Source: Bdellovibrionales bacterium (GTDB lineage: Bacteria; Bdellovibrionota; Bdellovibrionia; Bdellovibrionales; JAGQZY01). Taken from it: a stretch of DNA of 64,000 nt. The translations under genes were made by a program, and so were the position numbers. Each line of letters begins with the position of its first letter. Within the stretch, counting starts at the first letter, position 1. This document shows, one piece after another, positions 46,418 to 56,571 of this stretch. The notes beneath the pieces are model-generated. The model searched no databases, had not been told where the DNA came from, and saw only the letters and a list, made by a program, of their open reading frames with translations. The stretch lies in the NCBI GenBank assembly GCA_031426555.1, contig JANPLN010000054.1, positions 1-64,000 on the forward strand. Reading direction: 5' to 3'.

Positions 46418-47201
46418 AGTATTCGTCGTCGACGCGTTCGGTGTCTACACTGCTAATTCCGCGAACTTCTTCCATAAAATTCTCATCTTCGAAGCTGTCC
46501 ACATCGGTGCTGGCTTCGTCGATATCAAGTTCTTGGATGGCGCTCATGAAATCTGGCTCGGAACTTAAATCCTTGCGGATCAATTCTAAAAATTTCAGCG
46601 GGTACCGAGACGTGAGCTCCTCGATGTACTGTTCGAGTTTGCCTTCGGAGAGAATTTTTTTGCGATTCTGAATTTTTTTCCAGAAAAACAGGTAGTGGTA
46701 ACGGCAATAACTTTCGACCACAGACGGTTGGTCGCAGTCTTTCACACGACAAAGAATTCGTCCTTCGGCATCGGTGAGAATGATATCTTTGACTGCTTTG
46801 CTTTCCGCTTTGGCGTCGGTTACTGAACCGACAGCTGCTGGCTCGATTTCCAATTCAGCGCCTTTGGCCTGAAGCGTTTTGGGGGTGGCCTTTTTTGCCT
46901 GGGCTTTTGCTGGCGTCTTTGCGGAAGCTTTAGTTTCCGCTGTTTTTATGGCTGCTTTGACAACCGCTTCCTTGACTACCTTTTTAGGTTTCGCAAGGGC
47001 AGGTGCGGCTTTTTTCTTAGGCAGCAATTTTTCCGCGATTTTCTTGGCCGTTTTCAATGCCATTTTTTTGACCAATTTGGCTGCAGGAATTTTTACCTTA
47101 TTTGCAGGCTTGGCAGCAACTTTTGCTGGCTTTTTAGCCTTAGCTGCTGAAGGTTTGGATTTTTTTGCAACTTTTGCGGGTTTTTTTGCTTTTTTTGCCA
47201 T
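46416..47201 (-). CDS. Protein with histone-H1-like K/A/P-rich N-terminus, Cys/His motif and acidic tail
   Basis: AKKPAKVA repeats; 'CRVKDC..YCRYHY'; D/E-rich C-terminus. Confidence 0.8.
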   Translation of the reverse strand: MAKKAKKPAKVAKKSKPSAAKAKKPAKVAAKPANKVKIPAAKLVKKMALKTAKKIAEKLLPKKKAAPALAKPKKVVKEAVVKAAIKTAETKASAKTPAKAQAKKATPKTLQAKGAELEIEPAAVGSVTDAKAESKAVKDIILTDAEGRILCRVKDCDQPSVVESYCRYHYLFFWKKIQNRKKILSEGKLEQYIEELTSRYPLKFLELIRKDLSSEPDFMSAIQELDIDEASTDVDSFEDENFMEEVRGISSVDTERVDDEY

Positions 47202-47351
47202 GGCGTAAGCATTGATTCATCTCCTGTTTAGAGTCAATAGGCTCACTGCATAATTATACTGCGCATCTATATGTCGAAGCTCAGGTCTTTACTTCGAGCA
47301 TAAACCCGTGTTCTATCCAAGAAATTAAGCACAATTCATTGGGAGGAATTC

Positions 47352-48527
47352 ATGAGCACAACTTACATAATTGCAGCCACACGTACACCTGTTGGTAGTT
47401 TCCAGGGAGCCTTGAGCAGTCTGTCTGCACCTAAACTCGGATCCATCGTCATTAAAAGCGCCCTCGAAAAAGCGAATCTAAAACCCGATGACGTCAGTGA
47501 AGTTATTTTTGGCGAAGTTTTGACCGCTGGTGTGGGTCAGGCCCCTGCCCGTCAAGCGGCTTTGGGCGCGGGTCTCCCAACATCGGTTCCATGCATGACC
47601 ATCAACAAAGTCTGCGGCTCGGGATTAAAAGCCGTCATGCTTGGGGCTGATTCCATTGCCCTCGGTCGAAGCGACGTGGTTGTGGCTGGTGGACAGGAAA
47701 ATATGACCCTGGCGCCTCACCTTCTAGAAAATTCCCGTGCGGGCTACCGCATGGGCCACATTTCGGCCACGGACTCCATGATCAAAGATGGACTTTGGGA
47801 TCCTTATAATAATTTTCACATGGGAGAGGCCGCAGAGCTTTGCGTGCGCGAACATCGTTTTACGCGCGAAGAGCAAGATCAATTCGCCAAAGAAAGTTAC
47901 GAGCTGGCTATTGCCGCGCAAAAGAATGGCTGGTTTAACCACGAAATCACTCCTGTCGAAATCGCCATGAAAGACAAATCCACAATGGTTTCACAAGACG
48001 AAGAACCCGGAAAGGTGAAGTTTGATAAAATTCCCTCTCTGCGTCCCGCCTTTAGCAAAGATGGAACGATCACTGCAGCCAATGCTTCTAAAATCAACGA
48101 CGGTGCGGCCTGTGTGATTCTTGCCAGCGAGAAAATAGTCCAGAGCAAAAATTTAAAACCACTTGCAAAAATTATCTCTCATTCCACCTTTGCCCACGAT
48201 CCAAAATGGTTTACCACGGCGCCTGTGACCGCCATCAAAAAAGTCTGCGAGCAAGCCAAGATGACTGTGGAACAAATCGATCTTTTCGAGATCAACGAAG
48301 CCTTTGCGGTGGTGACATTGGCCGCTATGCGCGAATTTAAAATTCCACGGAACAAAGTGAATGTTCACGGTGGTGCAATCGCCCTCGGCCACCCCATCGG
48401 TGGCAGCGGTGCCCGCCTCCTCACCACTCTTGTGCACGCTTTGAAAACGCAAAATAAAAAATATGGTTTAGTCACACTTTGCATTGGCGGAGGCGAAGCC
48501 GTGGCAATGATTGTGGAGAGCCTATGA
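47352..48527 (+). CDS. atoB: Acetyl-CoA C-acetyltransferase (thiolase)
   Basis: NKVCGSG, EINEAF, GHPIG and LCIGGG motifs. Confidence 0.93.
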   Translation: MSTTYIIAATRTPVGSFQGALSSLSAPKLGSIVIKSALEKANLKPDDVSEVIFGEVLTAGVGQAPARQAALGAGLPTSVPCMTINKVCGSGLKAVMLGADSIALGRSDVVVAGGQENMTLAPHLLENSRAGYRMGHISATDSMIKDGLWDPYNNFHMGEAAELCVREHRFTREEQDQFAKESYELAIAAQKNGWFNHEITPVEIAMKDKSTMVSQDEEPGKVKFDKIPSLRPAFSKDGTITAANASKINDGAACVILASEKIVQSKNLKPLAKIISHSTFAHDPKWFTTAPVTAIKKVCEQAKMTVEQIDLFEINEAFAVVTLAAMREFKIPRNKVNVHGGAIALGHPIGGSGARLLTTLVHALKTQNKKYGLVTLCIGGGEAVAMIVESL

Positions 48528-49219
48528 TCAACAAGGTAGTTGCTGACTGCGATACCGCCTTAAAGGGTATCAAAGACAATATGACTCTGCTGGTAGGTGG
48601 TTTTGGACTTTGCGGAATTCCTGAAAACCTCATCGTCGCTCTCAAACGCACCGGTGCAAAAAATTTAACCTGTGTGTCTAATAATGCCGGCGTGGATGGG
48701 TTTGGTCTTGGCCAATTGCTAGAGTCTCGACAAATTAAAAAAATGATTTCAAGCTATGTGGGCGAGAATAAAGAATTTGAGCGTCAGTTTTTGAGTGGTG
48801 AACTGGAAGTGGAACTCAATCCCCAAGGAACCTTGGCCGAACGCTTGCGCGCTGGCGGTGCAGGAATTCCAGCCTTCTACACTCCAACAGGAGTGGGCAC
48901 CGTGGTCGCCGACGGAAAAGACGTGCGCGAATTTGAAGGTCGAAAGTATGTGTTAGAGCGGGCCATTCAGGGAGACTACGCATTGATCAAAGCTTGGAAG
49001 GCTGACCCTTTCGGAAACCTGGTGTTTCGCAAAACAGCTCGTAATTTTAATCCGATGATGGCGGCCGCAGGTAAGATCACCATCGTCGAAGTTGAAGAAA
49101 TCGTAGGCTACGGCGACATCGATCCCGATCATGTTCACACTCCTGGCATCTATGTGCAAATGGTGGTGCGCGGTCCCAGCTACGAAAAGCGTATCGAACA
49201 ACGAACAGTGAGACAGTAA
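48524..49219 (+). CDS. scoA: 3-oxoacid CoA-transferase subunit A
   Basis: [16 protein letters not shown] and PQGTLAER motifs; ATGA overlap with the thiolase. Confidence 0.93.
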   Translation: MINKVVADCDTALKGIKDNMTLLVGGFGLCGIPENLIVALKRTGAKNLTCVSNNAGVDGFGLGQLLESRQIKKMISSYVGENKEFERQFLSGELEVELNPQGTLAERLRAGGAGIPAFYTPTGVGTVVADGKDVREFEGRKYVLERAIQGDYALIKAWKADPFGNLVFRKTARNFNPMMAAAGKITIVEVEEIVGYGDIDPDHVHTPGIYVQMVVRGPSYEKRIEQRTVRQ

Positions 49220-49220
49220 C

Positions 49221-49856
49221 ATGCCTTTTACACGCGAACAAATTGCCCAGCGGATTGCCAAAGAAATCAAAGACGGCTTCGTCGTTAATCTTGGTATTGG
49301 TATCCCAACTCTCGTCGCCAATTACATTCCTACGGGAACAAGTGTTATGTTACAGAGTGAAAATGGACTCCTCGGAATGGGTCCCTTCCCCTTAGAAAAA
49401 GACATCGATCCTGACTTGATTAATGCCGGCAAGCAAACTGTCACTGCTGTTGCTGGAGCTAGTTTTTTTTCGTCAGCGGAAAGTTTTGAAATGATTCGTG
49501 GAGGTCATGTGAACTTGACCGTTCTCGGAGCGATGCAAGTGGATGTGGAACGATCTATCGCCAACTGGATGGTGCCTGGAAAAATGATCAAGGGCATGGG
49601 TGGAGCCATGGATCTGGTCGCCGGGGCCCGACGAGTCGTCGTGGCCATGCAGCACATCGACCGATCAGGAGACAAAAAGCTTTTAAAAAAATGCACACTT
49701 CCCATCACGGGAATTAACTGCATTGATCTCATTGTGTCGGACTACGGCGTGTTCGAAATTAAAGATGGCAAGTTTATACTCATCGAAAAAGCGCCTGACC
49801 TCACCGTGGAACAAATCATCGAAGCCACTGGGGCGCCAGTTGAAGTGAAAATCTAA
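49221..49856 (+). CDS. scoB: 3-oxoacid CoA-transferase subunit B
   Basis: NLGIGIP, QSENG (catalytic Glu) and GMGGAMDL motifs. Confidence 0.93.
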   Translation: MPFTREQIAQRIAKEIKDGFVVNLGIGIPTLVANYIPTGTSVMLQSENGLLGMGPFPLEKDIDPDLINAGKQTVTAVAGASFFSSAESFEMIRGGHVNLTVLGAMQVDVERSIANWMVPGKMIKGMGGAMDLVAGARRVVVAMQHIDRSGDKKLLKKCTLPITGINCIDLIVSDYGVFEIKDGKFILIEKAPDLTVEQIIEATGAPVEVKI

Positions 49857-50206
49857 TCAGTGATAGCGTCGGGCTTTCCGATGTCGTCCTTGGGGAAGCG
49901 CCAAAGATTATCTTTTTGACAATTGCTGTGGGCAAAATAGTCAAACTCCACAAGAGCTCGCGCGTTGTCCGACTTTGAAGCTTCGTAGCGACCGTGTTTG
50001 CGTTTGTAAATCTGAGTCAGCTCTTCGATTTGCGGGCGTGAAAATCTCTCAAAAAGGTTGCTGGTGACACAAAAACAAAGCTGTTTCATTTTTTCTTTTG
50101 GTATTTTTCTTTGATACATCTGCAAGCAGTGCTTTTCGATCTCCATCAACGACGCAGACGACACCGAAGCCGCAAAAAAAACGAAAATCACTAAACAACT
50201 ACGCAT
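49853..50206 (-). CDS. Small secreted Cys-containing hypothetical protein
   Basis: Signal peptide from ATG 50206, overlapping the upstream stop; C..CFC..C pattern. Confidence 0.65.
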   Translation of the reverse strand: MRSCLVIFVFFAASVSSASLMEIEKHCLQMYQRKIPKEKMKQLCFCVTSNLFERFSRPQIEELTQIYKRKHGRYEASKSDNARALVEFDYFAHSNCQKDNLWRFPKDDIGKPDAITD

Positions 50207-51857
50207 ACCGGCCCTTGGTGGTTTTATTACCTGCCAGTGTTTTAATATTTTCTTCATGTCGACCGTTAACACGTTTTAAATTTTCGTTATAGGCCTCTTC
50301 GATTTTCTTAAGGCGATATTCAAAATGATCTTCTTTTTGTTTTACAATCTGTTCCTGCGCCTGCTGATTTTTTAGGTCTTTTTCTTGGCTCTGGCGCTCC
50401 ATTGTCGTGATGTGGTTTTGATAGTCGTCCTTTAATTGAGTGAGCATTCCATCATAGCGACTTTGCATTTCGTAAAGATCTGTTTGATGCTTTTTTTGCA
50501 TCTCTTCCATTTGTGTTGAAAAGCGTTGGTTCATATCTTCACGCTCTTTCACGTGCGAGTGTCGTTCCGTATAGAGAACCTTTTGCTGTTCATTTCGTAA
50601 ACCATCCACATTGCGCTCGTGTTGTTTTTGCAAATTATTTCTATCTTTTACATAGTCGTCTTGGATTTTGCGAAAACGAAAATCTTGCATTCCTTGCTTT
50701 TGAATTGAATCTTTGGAGTACTGTCTTTGCAGGCGCGCTACCTGTGCGTCGTGATGATCGGCCTCCTCGATCAAGTGGTCATTGAAAAAATCGTGGGAAT
50801 CTTTTAGCTTTTCTTCGGTTTGGCGCTGAGAGTTCACGGCCTGATCGCGTCGGATGTTTTGATGTAGGGCCAGCTGAGCCGAACGCTCTTTTTGCAACCC
50901 CTCGAGGTTGTCTTGATAGGAAATCTTAACGTTTTCGAGTTGGCGTTTTTTAGCCCGCTCAGTTTTCCTTAAATCACGGTCATGTTCTTTTTTAGTGTCT
51001 GCAAGCTCAACCTTTAACTGCTCCATCTGCTTGCCATGACGACCCACTTCGAGGTCTTCTTTAGACTTTTCCAAAGCCTCCCGCTCTTTTTCGAGCTGTT
51101 TATGCATTGTTCGTTTTTCGTGCGCCAGGCCGTCGCGACTCAACTCGCGCATTTCCTCAAGCATGGCGGAGTGATCTCGATCCTTGTTTACTAATTGACG
51201 TTGATACTTGTCTTCGGTCTCTTCCAATTTGAAGCTTTGCTTCTGTTGGCTTTTTTTACTTTCACGTTCTTTTTGTGCACGGTAGGTCTCGTACTCAGTG
51301 GAAACCTTATCCATGGCGTCTTTTTGATTGTCTGCCGAAATATTTTCGCGCTTATCATAGCTTCTGGCCATTCGCTCTTTTTGGTCGAGTAGCATCTGTT
51401 GCGACTTTGCACTTTGTTTCGAGTAAGCATCCTGACTGGCGAGTTCTTTTTCTTGGATCGTATTATGGTAAGCTTTTTCTTTTTCTGAAAGCTGCGACTT
51501 TAAAACAGTTTCGTTTCTCTGTAGATTTTTTTTGTATTCACTTTTGATTTTAGCCTCCTCCATGGCCTGCAGTTCGCGATTCTCCTTGATTTGCTTGTGA
51601 TGCATCTGCTTGAGATTTTCCATCTCTTTCGAATACTTCATGTCATTTTTGTTGATCGAGGTTTGCCCGGCTTGGTTGCGACGTTTTAGTTCTGTTTGAT
51701 GGGTTGCTTCGGTTTTAGATATGTTACCGCGATAGGACTCACTGAGTTTTTCTTTTTCTTTAGCATGTTTTGTCTTTAAATCGGCCTCGCGCTTTTGATA
51801 ATATTCGCGCATTTTTTTAACGTCATCATACGGATCGTTACCACTAATTGCCGACAT
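50199..51857 (-). CDS. Long coiled-coil protein
   Basis: About 550 aa of K/E/Q/R-rich heptads; GGAGG RBS before ATG 51857. Confidence 0.8.
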   Translation of the reverse strand: MSAISGNDPYDDVKKMREYYQKREADLKTKHAKEKEKLSESYRGNISKTEATHQTELKRRNQAGQTSINKNDMKYSKEMENLKQMHHKQIKENRELQAMEEAKIKSEYKKNLQRNETVLKSQLSEKEKAYHNTIQEKELASQDAYSKQSAKSQQMLLDQKERMARSYDKRENISADNQKDAMDKVSTEYETYRAQKERESKKSQQKQSFKLEETEDKYQRQLVNKDRDHSAMLEEMRELSRDGLAHEKRTMHKQLEKEREALEKSKEDLEVGRHGKQMEQLKVELADTKKEHDRDLRKTERAKKRQLENVKISYQDNLEGLQKERSAQLALHQNIRRDQAVNSQRQTEEKLKDSHDFFNDHLIEEADHHDAQVARLQRQYSKDSIQKQGMQDFRFRKIQDDYVKDRNNLQKQHERNVDGLRNEQQKVLYTERHSHVKEREDMNQRFSTQMEEMQKKHQTDLYEMQSRYDGMLTQLKDDYQNHITTMERQSQEKDLKNQQAQEQIVKQKEDHFEYRLKKIEEAYNENLKRVNGRHEENIKTLAGNKTTKGRYA

Positions 51858-51912
51858 AGCCCCTCCATGGAACATGCTAGACACAAATTCTCAATAATTA
51901 GTATATCACGCC

Positions 51913-52647
51913 TTATTCTTCTTCAAAATTGTTTTTTTGACGAAAGATTCGTCTCAGGAGACTGTCTCTTCTTTGCGCGTGCTCAGCTTCATACTTTTGT
52001 CTAACTTTGTCTCGACGTGCGTCCGACATTTTGGTCTCGACAATCGTCTGACTCCACTTGGACTGCAATAGCAAACCCGACCTTATGCTCTTTCCAACTC
52101 TTTCAAGGTGCTCTTGAAAGTTAAAGTCCGAAAATGGAAAGGCCTTTTGAATGGATTTAAGATAATTGGGCAAAACAATTGTTCGCGGCAGGGAAATGCT
52201 TGCCACTTTTCGCTGGTAATCGACGGGCCCAAACTCAACTTCTGTACCCTCGGTCAACTCATAGGCACTTTGATCTGCACGCGCAGCGACCCGCACTTTG
52301 CCACTCAATACGCTCACTACAATGCGATTGTCTTTAAGATCGACAACGAGCTCTGACTCCGGAGTTACTTGCAAAGTGCCAAATGGAAGCTCGACATCAG
52401 CGATCTCACTGAATTTCATCCAGGAAATGCCTTTGTACAGGGAAATATGCTCTTTCCCCGTCCATTCTACAAGCGAGTCTTTAGAAAAAAAGAATTGATC
52501 TTTTTCTAATTTAAAATGAGATTTTTTGTGAACGAATAGAACACAGGGGCGAGTTTTATTTTGTAAACAGCGATCGGGCCATTGTGTGCCGCCGTCTGCG
52601 TTGCCTTGATTTAAAATCAAAAACAACAACCAGGAAAAAAGCATCAC
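51913..52647 (-). CDS. Exported protein with FecR-like domain
   Basis: 'ISLYKG..W' and 'VVSVLSGKVRV' FecR-like strands; signal peptide. Confidence 0.55.
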   Translation of the reverse strand: MMLFSWLLFLILNQGNADGGTQWPDRCLQNKTRPCVLFVHKKSHFKLEKDQFFFSKDSLVEWTGKEHISLYKGISWMKFSEIADVELPFGTLQVTPESELVVDLKDNRIVVSVLSGKVRVAARADQSAYELTEGTEVEFGPVDYQRKVASISLPRTIVLPNYLKSIQKAFPFSDFNFQEHLERVGKSIRSGLLLQSKWSQTIVETKMSDARRDKVRQKYEAEHAQRRDSLLRRIFRQKNNFEEE

Positions 52648-53321
52648 AGCCCCATTTCAGTCAATTGTTTTTTAACTTCCTCTTGAATCTCATCTTCTTT
52701 AAAAGAGTTAAGAACTGTCTGATAAACATCAAGGGCATCATTTTTGCGATTTTGATCGGTATAAATATGCGCCATCACAATCATCGATTTTGCTGTCCAT
52801 AAACTATCGGGAAATAGTTTAAGCATTTTCTCTGACCAGGAAAGTGCCTCTTGCTTGTTGCCTGTAATATAAAAACTACGAACGAGGTAATAGGAGGCTT
52901 CCAATTGCGCCGACGAATCTGGAAACTGGGAAACAGTCCCCAGGAATTTTGCAATTGCATTGTCGTATTCGCCTTTTAAAAATGCGTCTTTTCCCGATTG
53001 AAACATGGACTGCGAAGCGAGGGTAATATTTTTGTTTTCTTGGATGCGATGAGGGATAACGCTCGCCAAATCTCTTAACCCTTGATTGTTGGAAAAATCT
53101 TTTTGATCTCCCATGGCCAGCGCGACTTCTTGTTTAAAATTGTAAAGCCTTGCCAGGACAAGTTCTGATTTTAGTTTTTCCTGCATCACTTTTTTGGATA
53201 ATAAACCGACTTTGCTTTGCAGCTCTTTGTCGTACGAAAATTCCTGTTCTCCCCGCCATAGCGCAAAGCACGCGCATATCGTCATCAATAGACTTGCATA
53301 AACAGAAGATGGCATTCTCAT
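52644..53321 (-). CDS. Membrane-anchored TPR protein (CpoB/BamD-like TPRs)
   Basis: 'GK.AF..GEY..AI..F..V..FPDS' TPR repeats; N-terminal TM. Confidence 0.75.
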   Translation of the reverse strand: MRMPSSVYASLLMTICACFALWRGEQEFSYDKELQSKVGLLSKKVMQEKLKSELVLARLYNFKQEVALAMGDQKDFSNNQGLRDLASVIPHRIQENKNITLASQSMFQSGKDAFLKGEYDNAIAKFLGTVSQFPDSSAQLEASYYLVRSFYITGNKQEALSWSEKMLKLFPDSLWTAKSMIVMAHIYTDQNRKNDALDVYQTVLNSFKEDEIQEEVKKQLTEMGL

Positions 53322-53328
53322 ACTTCTT

Positions 53329-53356
53329 TTATCGGCGATTTAAGCTATGAACTTTA
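53329..53356 (-). promoter_or_regulatory. Sigma28 (FliA)-type promoter
   Basis: TAAAGTTC-N12-GCCGATAA, nearly the enteric consensus, 7 nt before ATG 53321. Confidence 0.75.
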
Positions 53357-53372
53357 TTGCAGAATTGTTTTT

Positions 53373-54839
53373 TTAGTCGAGGTCCTGAGCCAATTTTAAA
53401 AGCTTTTTGTACTCGATTGACACCTCTTGCAAAGTCCATTCTTTTGAGGGACCGCGGCCATTCATAATCTGTGACCGAAGGTCCTGGCTCCGCTCATGCA
53501 ACTGGTGTGTAACAGACGTAAGTCGCTTGTACAAATCGGGATAGAGCCTCTCGGACTTGCTATCTGCTAGCACAGACTGATGCAGCGTTTGGACTTTGGT
53601 CGCCCAGGCCTCAATTTGAGTTTTTTGTGAAGGTTTCTTTTTGCCCTTTGTCGGTTTTAAAATTTTATCTACTTCGAGAGCCAAGTTTAAACCTTTTTGG
53701 GAGTTATAAAACAGAAAAAGTCTTTCTGAATTAAAAAAATACGCTTTCTGCTTGGTAGTCATTTGTGCAAATTCTGAAATCTTTTTTGTTTCCTTAGCCG
53801 GTAACACCACTGGCTCTTCGACCTTCTGCACCTTTGCAACTGACACCGTTTCAATGACTTTTTTACGCGGACGCTGAGTGACTGTAGCCACGGGTTCAAA
53901 GGTCATTTTTAGCGCACGCGTCTGGTGAGCACGATAAGCTTTGAGACCAAAGAAAACGACGAGTGTTCCGCCACACAAGAAAATAAACATGGCCACGGCC
54001 GAGGCTACTGAGGACCATCGCTGCTTGGCAACCTCGAGCTGTTCTTTTTTAACCGGATCTTTTTGCGGCTTCGCTAATTTTTCTTTTCCCTCGCCATCGT
54101 CCTTGCGGCGTCGACGAGGCTCGTTGGGCGCCGACACTTCTGATTGTGGCTCCGTTCGGTCTTCTTGTGGCTTTTCTGATGTCTTCTCTGATGTCTTCTC
54201 TGGTAATTTCTCTGGCAATTTCTCTGCCATTTTGGCTTCGCGCACTTTTACTTTCGGAGGGGGCTCAACTTGCCATTTTTCTTTGGCCAAATCTTCACCG
54301 CTCGCTTCAGCAGGTTTTGGTTCAACGGGCAAAAGTTTAATCTTTCGAGTCGGTTTAAAAAATTGCGTGGGCTTTGCAGCGAGTTCTTCCACTTTCGGTT
54401 TTTCGTAAATGGACATATCGACGCGAACCGAAGATTCCAAGGGGTTTTCTAATTTGTCGAGATGCCCCAGTGGGACCCAGTTTTCATAGCCAGTTCGCCA
54501 CACGAAATCGGTGAATTTCACTTTTCCTTTGTCGATCAACTGCAAAACTTGTTCAATCGTAAACGGACCAATTTGGTCGTATTGATTTCGTCCATCCACT
54601 TCGATGGTTCGCAAAACGACCCAGTCGGCATCAACTTTAAATTCGGTACCAGCTGTTTTAACCAACCCAGTAATTTCTAAAAAATGCTCTGCCGGCATCC
54701 ACTGCCCGTCGCCTTCTTTAAAAACCAAGTCCATCAAACTCAGTTCGCCATCTTGAATTTTTTTAACAAGCTCTAAGGTGGAGATGGGTCCTTCGGCTTT
54801 TCCATGATTTTCATAATACCAACGCGATTTAGACTCCAT
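53373..54839 (-). CDS. Tandem GYF_2 (DUF4339) domain membrane protein
   Basis: Two 'W....GP....L...G.....VW/F..G...W' domains, a Pro/Glu/Lys linker and one TM. Confidence 0.85.
   Translation of the reverse strand: MESKSRWYYENHGKAEGPISTLELVKKIQDGELSLMDLVFKEGDGQWMPAEHFLEITGLVKTAGTEFKVDADWVVLRTIEVDGRNQYDQIGPFTIEQVLQLIDKGKVKFTDFVWRTGYENWVPLGHLDKLENPLESSVRVDMSIYEKPKVEELAAKPTQFFKPTRKIKLLPVEPKPAEASGEDLAKEKWQVEPPPKVKVREAKMAEKLPEKLPEKTSEKTSEKPQEDRTEPQSEVSAPNEPRRRRKDDGEGKEKLAKPQKDPVKKEQLEVAKQRWSSVASAVAMFIFLCGGTLVVFFGLKAYRAHQTRALKMTFEPVATVTQRPRKKVIETVSVAKVQKVEEPVVLPAKETKKISEFAQMTTKQKAYFFNSERLFLFYNSQKGLNLALEVDKILKPTKGKKKPSQKTQIEAWATKVQTLHQSVLADSKSERLYPDLYKRLTSVTHQLHERSQDLRSQIMNGRGPSKEWTLQEVSIEYKKLLKLAQDLD
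54172..54230. repeat. 12-bp coding tandem repeats (EKLP/EKTS)
   Basis: Encodes AEKLPEKLPEKTSEKTSEK in the linker. Confidence 0.7.
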
Positions 54840-56436
54840 GAATTTCTCCCAGCTCCAGCTTATCAATTTCTTGCAAAACTTGAACATAGAATTTTTGAAA
54901 ATGGACTTGTGCGACGGGGTGTCGAAGCCAAGTGTCTAGACGGCTCCGCGACAGACGTCCAGTTTTGTGTAATTGGTGGATTTTTTCACCAAGCATGGAA
55001 CCCAAAATCTGAGCCGCTCCGCTGTAAATCACCACGTCGTCCTTATTTAAATTCCCACCGACGTCGCTAACTCCTACACTGAGCTCTTTATTGTAACTCA
55101 TTAAGAGTTCGCGCATTTTTTGATCGAGAGCTAATTTTAAGACGATCTCGCCACGATCCTTTGGCGAAAATGCCGCCAGTCGCTTCTTGAGATCGTTCAT
55201 ACTGGGCGGTTTGCGATGGGGATTGATAAGTTTACTCAAAAAAAACGAAACAGCATCTAACCAAATTCTTTTTTCAAAATCCATAGGAAATTCACGCAAG
55301 CCTTCTGTTAAGCCGCACAACTTGGCATGAAATATCTGCCCCGCAAGTTGAGCCGCGTAATTCACTGTGCCGCGAGCTAAATAGGCTCGTCGAGTTTTGG
55401 GATCAAAGAAATTCATGTCATTTTCAACAAATTTCTTAGCCATCAAATAATCATTCGCGCTCAATACTTCGTGCCAAATTTCCAAAAAATCATGATCGCG
55501 GAAGGACGACACCGAAAAATCAATTTCTTCTTTGCGACCCAAATCCATGGACAAAATTTGTAAAAGCGACTGCAAATGCTCTGAGTAATCCGCGGCATCG
55601 TCGCCTAACAGCGCATCGGTATTTTCCTCGAGAAACAGCAGGTAACTCTGCCACTTGACCCAAGGGGGTGATTCTAAAAGACAAAATTCGTTCTTATTAA
55701 ACTGGATCACGTTGATCTGGTTTTCGAGATTTTTTTTATAAATCTGAAAATAAATTTTTTCGGGATTTAAAAACAAGGTCACACTGGACACTTTGACCTT
55801 TAATTTTTTTTGCACACAGTCTGGTAGTCGTTCCTTGGCGATGTGCAGATCTCCATAAATAACATATATTTTTTCATCACCTTGTAAGCTTTTAAATGTA
55901 TGGGCCAAACGACTTGCCGCATGCCGGTCCCGTTGCACAAGCCCGCTTAGCGTGGATGCTGTCTTGAGATTGAGCGCCACGCAACGGCCTTTTTGTTGGC
56001 GCACTAAATCAAATAACGGTTTGTAGTGTTCCCAGGGAAAACCCCAGTTTTTTGACCATTTGATTCTTCTTAAAAAAGCGGCATCCTCCATGTCCCCCGC
56101 GATAAAACGATCGAGTACTTTTTGGTACTTGCTCTCGATGCATTCCACCGCCAAAACAACTTTGTCTCGGCGATAAAGATCGCGCAAAAATCGCAAATGG
56201 ACGCGCTGGGCTTGTGCAAAGGCATGAAAGTCCCCGCCATAGATAATTTGGGATCTCTGCATTTTTTCGGAAACGATCTGAAGGGAAGAGGCTTTCCAGC
56301 GCGCGCGCTCGATGTCTTTCTTGTAGGCAAGTGCATAGCGACGCACCCCTTTAGGCTCCTCGCCCAAATACATCCTGACGTGAAGCTTAATTTTTTGCAG
56401 GATATCCCAGCGAATTTGGAAGCTGTCCGTCAACAT
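54829..56436 (-). CDS. ChaN (EreA/ChaN-like) domain protein with C-terminal extension
   Basis: 'YGGDFH', 'LAVE', 'W...WGFPWEHYKPLF', 'RD' and 'YGDLH'; GAGGAG RBS before ATG 56436. Confidence 0.75.
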   Translation of the reverse strand: MLTDSFQIRWDILQKIKLHVRMYLGEEPKGVRRYALAYKKDIERARWKASSLQIVSEKMQRSQIIYGGDFHAFAQAQRVHLRFLRDLYRRDKVVLAVECIESKYQKVLDRFIAGDMEDAAFLRRIKWSKNWGFPWEHYKPLFDLVRQQKGRCVALNLKTASTLSGLVQRDRHAASRLAHTFKSLQGDEKIYVIYGDLHIAKERLPDCVQKKLKVKVSSVTLFLNPEKIYFQIYKKNLENQINVIQFNKNEFCLLESPPWVKWQSYLLFLEENTDALLGDDAADYSEHLQSLLQILSMDLGRKEEIDFSVSSFRDHDFLEIWHEVLSANDYLMAKKFVENDMNFFDPKTRRAYLARGTVNYAAQLAGQIFHAKLCGLTEGLREFPMDFEKRIWLDAVSFFLSKLINPHRKPPSMNDLKKRLAAFSPKDRGEIVLKLALDQKMRELLMSYNKELSVGVSDVGGNLNKDDVVIYSGAAQILGSMLGEKIHQLHKTGRLSRSRLDTWLRHPVAQVHFQKFYVQVLQEIDKLELGEIHGV

Positions 56437-56571
56437 TTCGCTCCTCAACGGCACTCCACTGTTAAAATTGATTCGTCTAAAGTTATGTCGCTTAAGATTG
56501 CAAGGCTAAAAAACTCGGTATACATTGGAAACACTTTAGACATCTTTATCTTAGATTAAGGAAGGCCTGTT

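Noticed and set aside
46879..47208. Hydrophobic F/A/L-rich + strand ORF
   Set aside because: It is the antisense mirror of the Lys/Ala-rich H1-like region.
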